Origin: Octopus sinensis
Lineage: Eukaryota
Direction: 5' to 3'
DNA: 64,000 bases
NCBI RefSeq assembly: GCF_006345805.1
Contig: NC_042999.1
Location: forward strand, 148,924,001-148,988,000
Positions 1-13,306 of the stretch are shown here, piece by piece; positions within the stretch are counted from its first letter, which is position 1; each line of letters starts with the position of its first letter. Position numbers and translations under genes: made by a program. A model generated the notes under the pieces. The model did no database searches and was not told where the DNA came from. It saw only the letters and a program-made list of their open reading frames with translations.

Positions 1-696
1 TGATGTCAAAATAAGGAGACACAAACACATACATCTATATAACTGGCTTCTTTCAGGTTCTGCATACCAAATCCACTCGCAAACAATTGGTTGACCCAGG
101 GCTAAAGTAGAAAACATTTGCCCAGTGAGACTGAAGCCAAAACCAAATGGCTAAAAAGCTAATTTCTCAATCGTACAAACATGCCTATGTCTAAAATATA
201 TAATATTTTAGTACTAAAAAAAATTAGTATACTTTCAAAAGTTGAATATGGATTAAAGGGATATCTTATGTCCTGACTGTGTAGGATATGAAAATGAAAT
301 TCTAATTTCTTAAAAATTGAAACTGAATCCTCAACGCTCCTACATCAGCTCTCACCCTCCTCCTCCTCATCATTTAACGTCCATTGTCCATGCTGGCATG
401 GGTTGGACTGATTTGGCATGGTTTTCTACGGGTGGATGCCCTTCCTAATGCCAACCACTCTGAGAGTGTAATGCTTTTACATGCCAATTGTGTGACACCA
501 GCATCCACCACTTCTGCAATTTTGCTCAACTTGATGGATCTTCTTCTCAAGCACAAACATAATGCCAAAGGTCTCGGTCTAAATCAATAACTAATAAGTA
601 GAACTCCATTCTATACAGTCACTCAATAATAGTTAAATGCATTTTAACACAAAATAGAATTCCCAAGAAGAAAGCAAAAACAACTATTCAACTTAC

Positions 697-803
697 ATAT
701 TCTCTGTGTATATCTGTGTAAATGAATTTATTCTCTTCTGTATCAATAAATTCATGAAAATATCTCTCTAAAAAATTATGCTGTAACATTTGAAATTCCT
801 CCT
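697..803 (-). CDS. ARL2BP: ARL2BP coding exon 3
   Basis: ctttcag|AG GAG GAA...GAA TAT|gtaagt; EEEFQMLQHNFLERYFHEFIDTEENKFIYTDIHREY; 107 nt, phase 1 to 0. Confidence 0.92.
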
Positions 804-3800
804 CTGAAAGCAGAAATCAATAAATTTCATATTTTAGCAATATTTCAAAGCAACATTGAATACATGTAACCAAGTAAGAGATAGATCATCATCATCATCA
901 TCGTTTAACGTCCGCTTTCCATGCTAGCATGGATTGGACGGTTCAACTGGGGTCTGGGAAGCCAGAAGGCTGCACCAGGCCCAGTCTGATCTGGCAGTGT
1001 TTCTACAGATGGATGCCCTTCCTAACGTCAACCACTCCTGAGTGTTGTGGGTGCTTTTTACGTGCCAGACAAGGCTGGCAACAGCCACGATCGGATGGTG
1101 CTTTTTACGTGCCACCGGCACGGAGGTCAGTCAGAAACACTGAAGTATTTTAAATGAAATATTTCAGAAAGTGTTGTAGGATAACTTACACTGAACTTTT
1201 GAATTTATTCATAGCACAAATCTTTCAACTTGAAAAATGTACAAAAATGATTGAAATCTTGATCAAGGAGATGACAGAATTGAGATATGTGCCCACCACA
1301 ATAGAACTGATATCCTAAAATCAAGGTGCCACGTAAAAAAGCATTGGTGTGGGTGCTAGTACCACATAAAAAGCACCAGTGATGGTAACACATAGAAAGC
1401 ACTGGTGATGGTGCCACATAAAAAGCACTGGTGATGGTGCTGTGTAAAAAGCACCCAGTACACTCCTGTAAAGTGGTTGATGTTAGGAAGGGCATCAAGC
1501 AGTTTAAACCAAGCCAAAACAGATAATGGAACCTTGTGCAGCCCCTGGCCTTGTCAGTTCCTATCAGGCCATCCAACCCATGTCAGCATGGAAAACAGGT
1601 ATTAAATGAAGATGATGATAGTTATTTCTAGCAAAAGCATAAAACCTCAAATGTGGAGAGACAGGGAGAGAGTACAGTTAAGATTGACTCTAGGTTCCTG
1701 AGTGGTGTTTATTACATTGTTCCTAGAAGGACAAAGTTGACCTGGCAAGATTTGAAACTAGAAATGAAAGAGATCAATTTTCACCACTTCCTCCCACATC
1801 TCCCTCTTCCAAAGGTCCCATTTCCTCTGGAAATTAGCACTTCTTAATAGAACTGCCCTTTTCCATATGTGTCACATGCTCATACCAATGTAGTCTTCTC
1901 TCTTGCATGCAATATCTGATTTTTCTTATATCAAAATTCTGCATGTTATTGGATGCTCTACCAATTCCGTCAATTCACTGCCCACTATTACAACATCGCA
2001 ATTGAAAATATAAAAGAAATGACAGTAAAATTAACATACCACTATAATATATAATTAAAAACAACAAAATTAATTAGGTAAAGTTTTTGCAGTTTTCAAA
2101 AATAATTCCTCAACTAGAAACTTTATAATATACCACAAATCCACACCAAGTCCTGATGCAACCAAAGAATTTTGCCACTCATGGTTTGCATTGTATATTC
2201 AACAAAGAATTACGGAAGCAATAAGGAAGTTTCATATAATATAGTTTTGACAATGAGAAATGTAAAAATAGCCTTGAAAGAAGAATGGGGGACAAAAGGA
2301 AAAGTGGGTTGATGACATCAACAATCAAGAGAAGACCCAAGTTCAACTTTTCAGCCTCAATATTCAGAAAGAAAACTAAGTTTCTTGGGGATAGAACTAA
2401 AACATAACATGTGAGATGAAGTAGAGAGTATAATGGGTTGATGGTGGTGGTGGTGGTGGAGGCTTTTTATCAGATCAGATTGAAGCCTGGTGCAGCCGCT
2501 GGCTTTCCAGACCTCAGTCAAACCGTCAAACCTATGCTAGCATGGGAAACAGACGTTAAATGATGATAATGAAACAAAAAGGAGATATAGTTCAGTCATT
2601 TTGTGGAAGCGCTTCAACAAACTTTGTTCATGGTTTATGGAATGTGTCAGCTATGAAGCAGTGATAACGTTAACCTAATTTGGAGCACAGTGTGAATGAA
2701 AAGGTTGGACTTTTGAGTTTTTTTGTCACAGCACCAGCTGCTGAGGAAACTTATCATAATTTAATGTCCGCTTTACACACACACACACACACACACAAGT
2801 ATGTATAGTAGTTATTTACTAACCCATTACTACATCCTCTATGGCACCAATAATCATATCGAATTTTGCGTCACTACTACTTGACCTGTACAAAGAAAAG
2901 AAGAAAAAAGAGATAAAGGTAGAAGCAGCAAAATATTGCTTGAAAAATGTCAACTTAGCAAATAAAAATTACCAAATATTTTAATTATTGGGTCATCCCA
3001 TGAATAATGCGATTTTTTTATACTTCAAAATTAAGATAAACAAATTTCTCTTCTATTCTAAAATATACTCTCCTTCATTTTCTACAATGCTCTTCTATCT
3101 TTCTGGTAGACTTGCAAGACCCCTCTTCCAAAATTCACATATTTGTGACACCAAAATACTCCTCCACTACTGTTCTGACCTCGTCTATAGAATTCATATT
3201 CTTTCTGTCCAAATGATTTTGAAGAGTGTGAAGTAAATGATAATCAGATGGAGAAACGCCCTGCAAATATGATGGGTGGGGCATCGTTTCCCATTCAGAC
3301 TGTTCTAGCCTTTGGAATGTCATCCTCACTGTATGTGGCCAAGCATCCTCCTCATGGAAGAAAACATTTTGTCTTGAAACCAATGATGGTCGTTTTTCAT
3401 CTAGCGCTGACTTGAATGATCAAATCCAAGCTCCTCTGCTAGTTCCTCAACAGTTACAATGGGATTTTGTTCCACCAGGGTTTGCAGGATGTCCTCATCG
3501 AGCTCTACAGATTTTCCAGGGCGAGGCTCATCTTCTAGGCTGTAGTTTCTGGCTTGGAATTTCTAGAACCACCATTGACACTGGTTTATGCTTATTGTCC
3601 GATCCCCGTAAACTGCTTTAATATTCCTCACACTTTCCATTGCATTGTTGTCTTTACTGAACTACACTGAATATGCTCCTTTGTCACTTCCATTGTAGTT
3701 TTGAAAAAAATAACTGTTAAAATCGAACTGCACTCTTCAAAACTTGCACTAAAAATAAGGACAAGGTAAAATTATTACCTGCTTTTATAGCAAGTTGATT

Positions 3801-3976
3801 CAGGTAGTTTATCCCGTCCCCATCCGACTTTTAGTTCATGCAATTGAAAACAATCGCATTATTTATGGGATGACCCAATATATTAAAAAAAATTTTTTTA
3901 ATTATGTTTTATGTCAAGAGAAAAATCTCAAATACCGAGATACTGCTAAGTTTTCTTCTGCTGTTTGTAAGTCCAT
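697..3976 (-). CDS. ARL2BP: ADP-ribosylation factor-like 2-binding protein (BART), 5' three coding exons; gene continues off the left edge
   Basis: Exons 3936-3976, 2824-2885 and 697-803 splice in frame (GT-AG) to MDLQTAEENLAVSRSSSSDAKFDMIIGAIEDVVMEEEFQMLQHNFLERYFHEFIDTEENKFIYTDIHREY. This matches the ARL2BP pattern FD..IG.IED..M..EFQ.LQ..F...Y..EF..TEENK..YT.I..EY. Confidence 0.93.
2824..2885 (-). CDS. ARL2BP: ARL2BP coding exon 2
   Basis: Long pyrimidine tract + cag|G TCA...ATG G|gttagt; SSSSDAKFDMIIGAIEDVVM; 62 nt. Confidence 0.92.
2988..3878 (-). mobile_element. Defective, internally deleted Tc1/mariner (Mos1/SETMAR-like) element in an ARL2BP intron
   Basis: TA-flanked TIRs TTGGGTCATCCCAT(G/A)AATAATGCG at both ends. 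Remnant transposase HEEDAWPHT...PHPSYLQGVSPSDYHL resembles the mariner HDNARPH...YSPDLAPSDY motifs. Confidence 0.9.
3936..3976 (-). CDS. ARL2BP: ARL2BP coding exon 1 (exon extends to the acceptor at 3989 as UTR)
   Basis: ATG at 3976; MDLQTAEENLAVS(R); ends phase 2, matching the next exon. Confidence 0.8.
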
Positions 3977-5009
3977 TCTCCTCAAATACCTAAGGAAAGA
4001 AAGTGTATAAGTTTCAGACACTGAGCTCATACAGATGTTTTAGTTTATGAGTAAAGTTTCAAATGCTTGTAGCAGGAAAATTTAGCAATCAGATCATTAT
4101 ATCCAACGTCCTGATTCGCTAGAATATTACCTGCATCATAAAAAATATCTGACCAATCAAGACTTGGCTCCAACAATAATTTCACATTTGGTGTGCTTCT
4201 TTCTGAGCCAAACCACCACTGTATATTCAGCGTAACTATCCCCATTGACAACAGATGGCAGTTGACCCAAGCAGTGACATAACACAAAAGCAATGAACAG
4301 ATAGCAAATGAAAAACATTAGAAGACAGTAGCACAACCAGTGGCTAACCACAATGGAATGGACAAACAGCGACAGTAACACAAGAACCAGCTAACATTTT
4401 GACTGCTGTTACAGTAACACCAATCCAAGAACAATAATCTTCAAGCCCTCTTGATGTTTTTTCATTCATAGTAAAAACAAACATTCCCTTTGTTTATAAA
4501 AAGAGTAAATATTTTTGGAATCAAAAATCTCACAAGATTTCAGTGTTTTTCCTTTGTAACATGCTTATCAGCAGTTTAATACCCACTGCTTTACAATAAC
4601 AAATCTTCATCTATTCTCATTGTCCATCCATGTAAAGCAAGACACCTATCCCAATACCCTTATCACACCAACCCTACAATATCATTCTAAAAATCAACAG
4701 TTATCTCATCAAAATCTCAAAGCTACAAGATACTGCATAATTAATTCAAAATAATGTGAATGAATAAACATTACTTATTTCAGAATAATGTGAAAGCTAA
4801 AGGGTTAAACCACATCCCTCAATAACCCCTTTTCAATCAAGGCTCCAGTCTAATTTGGCTTGGTTTCTACAGCTGGATACCCTCCCTAATACCAACCATT
4901 CTGAGAGTGTAGTGGGTGCCTTTTACATGTCAACAGCACTGGCCATGACTTTGTTTTCACTTGGCTTGACATGTCTTGTCAAGCATAACAAATTGTCAAA
5001 AGTCTCAAT

Positions 5010-6990
5010 CATTTATCATCATCTCCACGGGACTCGATTCAACATTCGAAGATCATGCTTCATCACCTCATCCTATGTCCTCCTGGGTTTATCGCTTCCA
5101 CAGGTTCCCCTCACAGTTAGACATCAGCACATCTAACTCGTGCATATGCATCACATGACCATACCAGCACAGTCTTCTCTCTTGCACACCACATCTGATG
5201 CCTCTTATGCCCAATTTTTCTCACAAGATGCTTACATTCCATTGCATATGTGCATTGACACTGCACATCCAGCAAAGCATACTAGCTTAATTTCTTTCAA
5301 ACCTATGCATTTCCTCTGCAGTGACAGTGCCTGTTTCACTGCTGTGTAGCATGGCTGTTTGCACACAGGCATCATATAATCTGCCTTTCATTGAGGGAAA
5401 AGCTCTTTGTTACCAACAAAGGTAGAAGCTCTCTGAACTTTTCCCAACCTATTCTTATTCTGGTAGTTACACTCTTGGAGCATCCACCTCCACTGCTGAC
5501 TTGGTTACCCAGATAATGGAAGCTATCTGCTGCTTCTAGGTATCCCCCACTGGCATTTGGTGAAGTCTATTTTCTGTACATTTCTAGTGTTTATTTTACC
5601 TATACATCTGTCACACGCAGATTACTAAAACAGATTACTCGGAAAACTACTTTCTCTATCAACCTACTTCTGCTATTGCTGTGTCTCTTATGTGTCTATA
5701 GCTTGCACTAAATACCTATGCCTTTTCTACATATCAAGCAGGGCCATCTCCCTGAAGGAATTTGTGATTTGTCTGTTTTCCTACTAATCAGGACTTTGGT
5801 CTTTACTAAATTAACTTGATTCCATACCTTGCTTTCACACCTGGAATTTTTTCTCTAGTTCTGGTAGTGAATCATCTATAAGAACAAGATCATTAGCATA
5901 GAGGAGCTCCCAAGGGCAGCCCTTCTCAAATTCCTCTTTATTGTCTGGAGGACTATGATGAAAGAGAGTGGGGGGCTGAGGACTGATCCTTAGTGAACTA
6001 CTTGTACACTGACTTCATTGCTATACCTGTTGCCAGCCCTTACTGACAGGATCTCTGTACATGGCTTGTACAGCTCTCACCAGCCAGATAAGGGAGTGGG
6101 GGAACTTGTCAAAGGTTTTCTCCATGTCAACAAAAGCCAAATACAGAGGTTTATTTTTGACTAAGTACTTCTCCTGCAACTGCCTTAACAGGGATATAGC
6201 ATCAGTGGTGCTTCTCCCTGGCACAAAACCAAACAGCATCTCATTTAGACGAACTCCCTTCCTAATAAGTTGATCCCCTCCATAACTTTCATCACCTGGC
6301 CCAACAGTTTGATATCTCTATAATTATTTCTGTCTAAGGCATCACCTTTACTTTTGTAGCAGTTGACTATGGTGCTGCTACACCAGTCATTGGGTGTGAC
6401 TCCCTCATGTACAATCTAATTAACTATATGCATAACTGGAGTATAAATCACACTGCCAGATCTTTTAAATATCTCAGTGGTAATTTCTGATGGGCTGAGG
6501 GCTTTCCCCGTCTTCATATCCTTCATGGCCTTATCTACCAAGTTACTGTCTATTTAGATTGCTGGTCCCTCTGTTGGATCTACATTAGGCAGACTCTCCT
6601 TCTCTCTACATTCAGTAGCTTTTCATAGTAGCACTTCCAAACCTCTTTCTTTGCAGAGTTACTATCTGCAAGTGAACCATCATCCATGCAAACTCACTTC
6701 TCTCCCACAACATCACAATTTTCCCTGGCACACTGTCTTGCAAACCAAAATACTTCAAGCTGCTCGTCCTCATGTCACAGAACATTGGAAAACTTCTTCC
6801 TTTCTGCTTCACCTCTGGCTTCCTAGTATACCTGCTTCCTAGCTTCCCTCTTGGCTACCTGATGTAGTTCCTTGCTACCACCATCCTTCCAGGTTTGTTT
6901 CTTTGCTCTAATGGCCCTGTCAACCAACTGCTGGGCCACCATGTCACCCTAGACCTGGTACGAACTTTGCACCAGCCACAAATTTGGTCT
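5010..6990 (-). mobile_element. Degenerate RTE-like LINE (reverse transcriptase region and 3' end)
   Basis: FGFVPGRSTTDAISLLRQLQEKY..KNKPLYLAFVDMEKTFD (RT motifs), and on the minus strand WELLYANDLVL (YADD-like); many stops and frameshifts. Confidence 0.85.
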
Positions 6991-7619
6991 GTGGCCTTCA
7001 AAAATATCACCCCGTGTCCAGAATGCGTAGTTGGGGATTCCATAAGCGTTAATGCACAAACAACTACTTTTCCTGAATAGGCATTGCTAAAATTGGGGTG
7101 TGTTTAATATAGCCGTGCGTCTTCAAAATGTGGTTGTTCCTATGTGATTGCTCGACCCGCTAGAAATAGTAGCTAAATCGCCCTCTACTGCCTTAGTCCA
7201 AGGTATACCACACATAGAAAAATAAATAAAGAAAAAAAGGGTGAGTATGTCTTTCTATTATATTTGTACTTGACCAAAGGTTGATTTGGAGCTAAACAAC
7301 AATCAACAACAATTAAAAACAATAAAAAAAAAATGCAAAAACATTAATTTTGTAATACATTCGACCTGTGAAAATGTTTGAATTAAACACTTCTGAATCC
7401 TGTATGACAGCTGTAAACTACAAAACAAAATAGTAAATTTCAGAAATATCGACAACTAAAAACAGATAACTCGGAAAACTTTAAAATTATTTTAGTAGGG
7501 TATAAATAAGTTTTTGAAGTCAGTTGTCGTTCCTTCAGAATAACATTATATTATATATAACATCGTCATTCGCTTTATTAGAAATGAAAGCAAAATTAAA
7601 AGATAACTTAAACATTATC

Positions 7620-7659
<40 letters not shown>

Positions 7660-8743
7660 AAACCAAAAATATTGACGCTACTTGAGAAATGTATGTGAGC
7701 TCTAAACGTTAACAGAAAATTTTAACTTAATGTTAATTTAATTTTCCACCCCATCAGAAAAATAGGGGCAAAAAAAACAGATTAAATATTTTGGTAAAAA
7801 TCTAAACGATAAAAATAAACAAGTGAAAAAGAATGATTAGTAAAACTGAGAGGCAGTTGAATATTCAAGCCTGTCACAGCAAGTCTGATGATAATGAGAG
7901 CAGGAATAAGCAAATTGTCAATAACGGTTTAACCAAGTTTGCTGCTGACGTGAAGAAGCTGGTCTTGAAGGATAATTATCTTAGCTACAGAAGTATCAAA
8001 ACATCTCGTATAAAATATTGTTGTTAAACAACAATGTGTATAGAAGATATTCTTGTAAAAAATTACGTTCTGCTTTCGAAGAAACAAGAGGATGAAATAA
8101 TCTTTTGAACATACCTTATTGATAATATTTTTAAAAAAATTCAGTAATGAATGATGTTCGTCAATAAGGAGAACGGTGTCTCTACTTGTTGGAGTCCATT
8201 TTGCAAAAATAACCAGTGGCAGTTGCACTTCTAAATAGTGGGAATACTGTGTAAGTCAACGAATCCTATCTGACAGCTTTTAATAGCCTTTTTACAAACT
8301 AAAGTCAATTTAGGTACACAACAAATTTCAAGAAACAGTTTTTGTGCTGCCAGTCCCGCGTTTAAAGTCATTGCTGTATAATAAACGCCACGGGAAGACG
8401 GAATGTTGCTGTTAGGGATTTTTCTAATCGTCACCGAAAAAAACAAAAACTTTCTCTTTGTTGTTATGGCTTTAATTTACATTCAACTGATCGGTATTTC
8501 GTTTGACTATTCGACAACAGACTGGATAGTTACTCTAATTATTAACGTCTCTCTTTAATGAAAATATTATTTGTATATTTAAAAGGAAAGAGACATCACA
8601 TTTAAATAAAATACGCATATTGTGCTCAGACATATCCGTCATGTTAGGATGCTTACTGTAAAGCCACGTGGTTATGTGTTCGATCTCAAAGCGCTGTACC
8701 TCGGCCGACTATCATCTTACTTGGGGTGCCTAATTATGCTTTG

Positions 8744-9148
8744 GGATCTTTTCGGTTTGAACGGCAGTTTTTAAAAAATAATTTCCACGTAACTAAACAC
8801 TTTTAAACTTCGTATACTGGTAGAATGTGTTTATAAAACATCTTTTTCTCTTGGCTTTATTGAGAAATTCTATAATTTGTAAGATATTTGTTGTTTTTTC
8901 TTCAATTTCTGCAATTTCAACCAATCAATGACGTCTATTGAGGTGAAAACATTCTGTGCCGTATGAATATGTCCCTCGTTTAAGAAACAGATTGGGTTTA
9001 TTTACATTTCTGAAGAAAGATACCCTTCCCCTCACCCCTAACCCTAAAACAGATTGAAATGCAACAGATCGATACTAGGGTCATAATTATGGGTGACAAT
9101 TTCATATGACACCGCTAGAAAAAACTGCCGTTCAAACCGAAATGGTCC
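8744..9148. mobile_element. MITE with GGATC-starting TIRs and 8-bp TSD (Merlin-like by GG ends and 8-bp TSD)
   Basis: TIR GGATCTTTTCGGTTTGAACGGCAGTTTT; TSD ATGCTTTG at 8736-8743 and 9149-9156; closely similar inverted copy at 26126-26540. Confidence 0.88.
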
Positions 9149-9559
9149 ATGCTTTGTGATTGAAATTTGTTACTTGGAAACAATATGTATGTGTGTGTGT
9201 GTGTGTAGGCACACCTACACAAGTGTGCTCCTCACCGTCTTTGTTTCCTCATAACTTTCATAAAAATGGATATTTTAAAATGAAAATTTCCACAAATATA
9301 CTATAGATTGCGGTTATATGTGAATTTGTTGTAAGAAAGTTTTTCCAGGGAGAGGAGTTTCGGAAAATCCACATAACTCGGCTTTGTTTCCTCATAACAT
9401 TCAGAAAAAAGGGTATTTATTATTGAAATTTACTACAAATATCTTTCAGAGTGTAGATTAAGATTATTTCAGGATTTAATATGAAAATAAAAAGAAGAAA
9501 CGTGGGCACACACAGGGGAGATGAGTGAAGACAAGCTAATGCAAGTTGGAGATGACCCT

Positions 9560-10100
9560 GACTCTTCCCCTCTCTATATTGGCTCCAACATCATGGAGTT
9601 GGTCAGCTTCTGGACTCCACAGTTACCAACAATGGAGACTTGACCCTGGAGATAACCACAGATGTCTGACCACTGGGGTCATGTATTCCCTAGGGAACCC
9701 CCTTTGGTGCCACTTCACTATCACTTGGAAGATGAAGCTCTGCATCTACAATGTATTGGCCTTCTCCATTCTCCTCTATAGTGCAGAAATATGACTAATG
9801 TTGAAAACCCTGGCAAAGGGGATCAATGGCTTCGATAGCAGAGCCCTGAGAAGCATTGAGATCAGATGGTACTATTGCATTACCAACAAAGAACTATATG
9901 TTTGCACACATTGGCCCACAGCCTCCAACCTCATAATTATCCATCGCATGTGCCGGTACAGATATGTCCTCTGTCTCCCACAATATCATCCTACCAGGTC
10001 TTTACTTTCATTCAATGCAACAACTGTGGGCTGGAAGAGGCCTCATGGCAGGCCTTGCACCAGATGGCTGCACATAATTGGGGAAGATCTCTGGAGGCTT
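9560..10100 (+). mobile_element. RTE-like LINE 3' fragment
   Basis: KMKLCIYNVLAFSILLYSAE and WKRPHGRPCTRW resemble RTE C-terminal motifs. Confidence 0.6.
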
Positions 10101-10741
10101 TAATTGTACACATCTTTATTTTAATCATTGCTGCTTAGTGTACTTCTATTAACTAAGCAGTTTAAGATGTAGGAAAGAGCCAGACAGGTAGACAAAGAAG
10201 CAATATATTTCTTTATTGCCCACAAGGAGCTAAACACAGAGGGGACAAACAAGGACAGACAAAGGGATTAAGTCAATTAGATCGACCCCAGTGCGTAACT
10301 GGGACTTTATTTATTGACCCCGAAAGGATGAAAGGCAAAGGCGACCTCAGAGGAATTTGAACTCAGAACGTAACGGCAGATGAAATATCACTAAGCATTT
10401 CGCCTGGCGCGCTAACATTTCTGCTAGCTTGCCGCTTGGCAGAAACATTAGACAAAGAAGCAATAAAGAGTATCATGCCAGCATGGAAGGTGGACATAAA
10501 TGATGATGATAGATGGTGTCGTTGTGCCATGTGCATCGGGTCCAGCATGAAGGCTGGCGAAAGGGTCAAGCAGTAAAATGGACAATCCAAGATTCCAGGA
10601 GATCAAAAGGCCTAAGTTTACTTGGCTGAGAACAATGAAGTAGGACGCAATAGGTGGAAGCTGAAACAGAAGCACAGAATAGACAAGGCCAGTGAGAATA
10701 CATGGAGTATAAAGTAGTGCTTGAGGTAGTAACAATGACTT

Positions 10742-11188
10742 TGTAGTGACGCCATTTTGGAAGTCTTCAGTGCGCATGCACAGAGTTGGATTTCTTCTGG
10801 GAGGCCGCCGGAAGTTCCCTCATGCGCATGCGCAGAGAACTACCAGCAGCAAAACTCCCCGTGTATTGATCTCTCTTGCGAAGCTGACACCGAACTAAAC
10901 AGACGCATTATCGCATCTCTCCCAAGCTGCCAACATGTGGTGAAGCTACACTATGCTGGAACGAAAGAGGTTTTGGTTCACGCCACTTTACTGTGACAAG
11001 CTCCATGGCTACCAGTTTGCCCTGAAGGAAATATATATGTAATTATTATTGCAAATCCAATAAATAAATAAATAAATATTTATGCTGTTGAAGATATTCG
11101 AAGTCTTGATTTTCCTTTGACAAATAATTTAATGTAATGGGATGAGACCTGTACCCCTCAAGTGTTCCAGACCTTTCATCTTGTTACA
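10742..11188. mobile_element. Solo LTR (Gypsy-type)
   Basis: Starts TGTAG, ends GTTACA; 4-bp TSD ACTT at 10738-10741 and 11189-11192; internal AATAAA cluster; CpG-rich 5' half. Confidence 0.65.
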
Positions 11189-11789
11189 ACTTATTCTTTA
11201 TTTCAAAAAATATTTCAAAGTGAAGAAGGGCTTAATGGAGAAAAAAAGACGAGATAAATTTTCAACTCCATGCATGGAGCAATGAATAGTTCTAAATTTT
11301 AGCTCTTGTATAAGTTATTTGTTTGGTAAAAATATGGTATTTGTGGCATTGTACTGGGGTTACTCAACAAATGTTTCCAAATCTGTATAAATAATTATAA
11401 GAAAAACCATCATAGAAATGGAGTTAAAATGCTTTATTTTCAGAAAGTGAGAAAAAAAGTTTAAACCAAAAAGTAAATAAATGTATGCAATGTAATCACA
11501 GCAAAAAGGAGATTCTTTAAAAATATACAGAGCAAAATAAAATAAAAAGTGGCATAATAGTTGTGAAAATAAAGTGGCTGATACATTGGCCATTGGTGGT
11601 AGGCTTTGTGCCTACTTCCAAATGACAGGTTAGATTTAAGAGGTGCATACACCTGTATAAGCAAGTGCTGCAGTGTATTAATATGGAAAATGTACGTCAA
11701 ATTGTGTTAAAAAAAAACTTGAAAAACTTATGAACGGAATGTTTACAGATGAAATTTGTAATCATCTTCACTCTTATCACAGTAAAATA

Positions 11790-12420
11790 AAGCCATAATG
11801 ACAGAATAGCCTGGGCACTCTGCTGGTGACAAAGGGCCTCTCGCTCAGAGTAAAAGGTAGACTGTATGATGCACATGTACGAACAGCCATGCTACATGGC
11901 AGTGAAACATGGGCTGTGACTGCTGAGGACATGTGTAAGCTTGCAAGGAATGAAGCCAATATGCTCTGATGGATGTGTAATGTCAGTGTGCATACTCGAC
12001 AGAGTGTAAGTACCTTGAGAGAAAAGTTGGACCTAAGAAGCATCAGATGTGGTGTGCAAGAGACGACTGCACTGGTATGGCCATGTGGCGAGAATGGATG
12101 AGGAAAGCTGTGTGAAAAAGTGCTACACCCTAGCGGTTGAGGGAACCTGTGGAAGAGGCAGACCCAGGAAGACCTGGGTTGAGGTGGTAAAGCATGACCG
12201 TCAAACATTAGGCCTCACCGAGGCAATGACTAATGACCAGGACCTTTGGAAATATGCTGTGCTTGAGAAGACCCGGCAAGCGAAGTGAGACCATAACCTC
12301 GTGGCCTATGCAAGGGGTGTAACCAGCCCACTTATGCGTACCTTTCCTTCATGGGACACTAAACACTGCTTGCGAAGACCTGTTGAGGCAAGTGAAATCA
12401 AAATCAAATTTGATGACTAG
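11790..12420 (+). mobile_element. 3' end of RTE-like LINE (same family as 5010-6990)
   Basis: RRLHWYGHVARMDEESCVKKC...GTCGRGRPRKTW...; sequence is the reverse complement counterpart of about 5050-5450. Confidence 0.85.
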
Positions 12421-12518
12421 CATCTGTGCTAGTGGAGTGCTAAGAGCACCATCCGAGCGTGATCGTTGCCAGAGCTTAAAAGTCCCTCCGAATCCTCAGA
12501 TATGTGATGAATGGTGTG

Positions 12519-12550
<32 letters not shown>

Positions 12551-13306
12551 CTTTCTCAAGTCCTGTATGTACAAGTGCAGACATATAGCCAAACCTGACT
12601 GAATGCTGGCTGCACAGAAAGCATGATTCCCATGAGGTTCTGCGCCTGCTATTACATCCCACCACTGTATCCATGGATTTTACGCTCACACTGACCTAAT
12701 AAACCACCTCAGGACCCACAAAGTGTAAAGTTACTAATCTTTTCATCTTCAGAGACATGAAATATGAACATTACACCAACAGCAACAAAACCCAACTCTG
12801 AACATCAGATGCTTTTAAGTACCAGAGAATCTGAGCTGATTTTTGTGTAAATCAATACAAATTTGAATAGTGAAATATTTCTTATGCAATAACATGCTAG
12901 TTCTGTGGTCTTCATCCTCATTCAAGGAAATCTTGTTTACCTTGTAAGAGTAGCAGCATTGGGTTAGAACCAACATCAGTCTCTCAATGAAATACAACAT
13001 CAGTATATGAACAATCCAACATAGGTTATAGAAATTCTGTTTCTAAGTTGATTGATTTTGGACCAATAGACAGTTTAACCACATAGGAATTGGTGGCTTC
13101 ACTGCAACTTTATGTACAAAGCTGAAAGACTATTCACATTAGGTGAGATGGGTAGGGCACATGTTTGGACTTACCACAGCTGGACAACCAACGAGAGGTA
13201 GTTGAACTGTATTTTATTCCTCATATCACAGTTCCTTCGTACCACAAGCTATTTTGGCTCTCGTGTATAAATATATTTTTCCATTGTTATTGTCCCCTTC
13301 TACAAG

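Noticed and set aside
7833-8446. Cluster of 60-100 aa ORFs in a unique CpG-retaining region
   Set aside because: No recognisable protein or consistent exon structure; more likely the ARL2BP promoter or 5' region, but I could not place a TSS
9033-9048. CCCTAACCCTAA telomere-like motif (similar at ~41453)
   Set aside because: Only about two units, internal to MITEs
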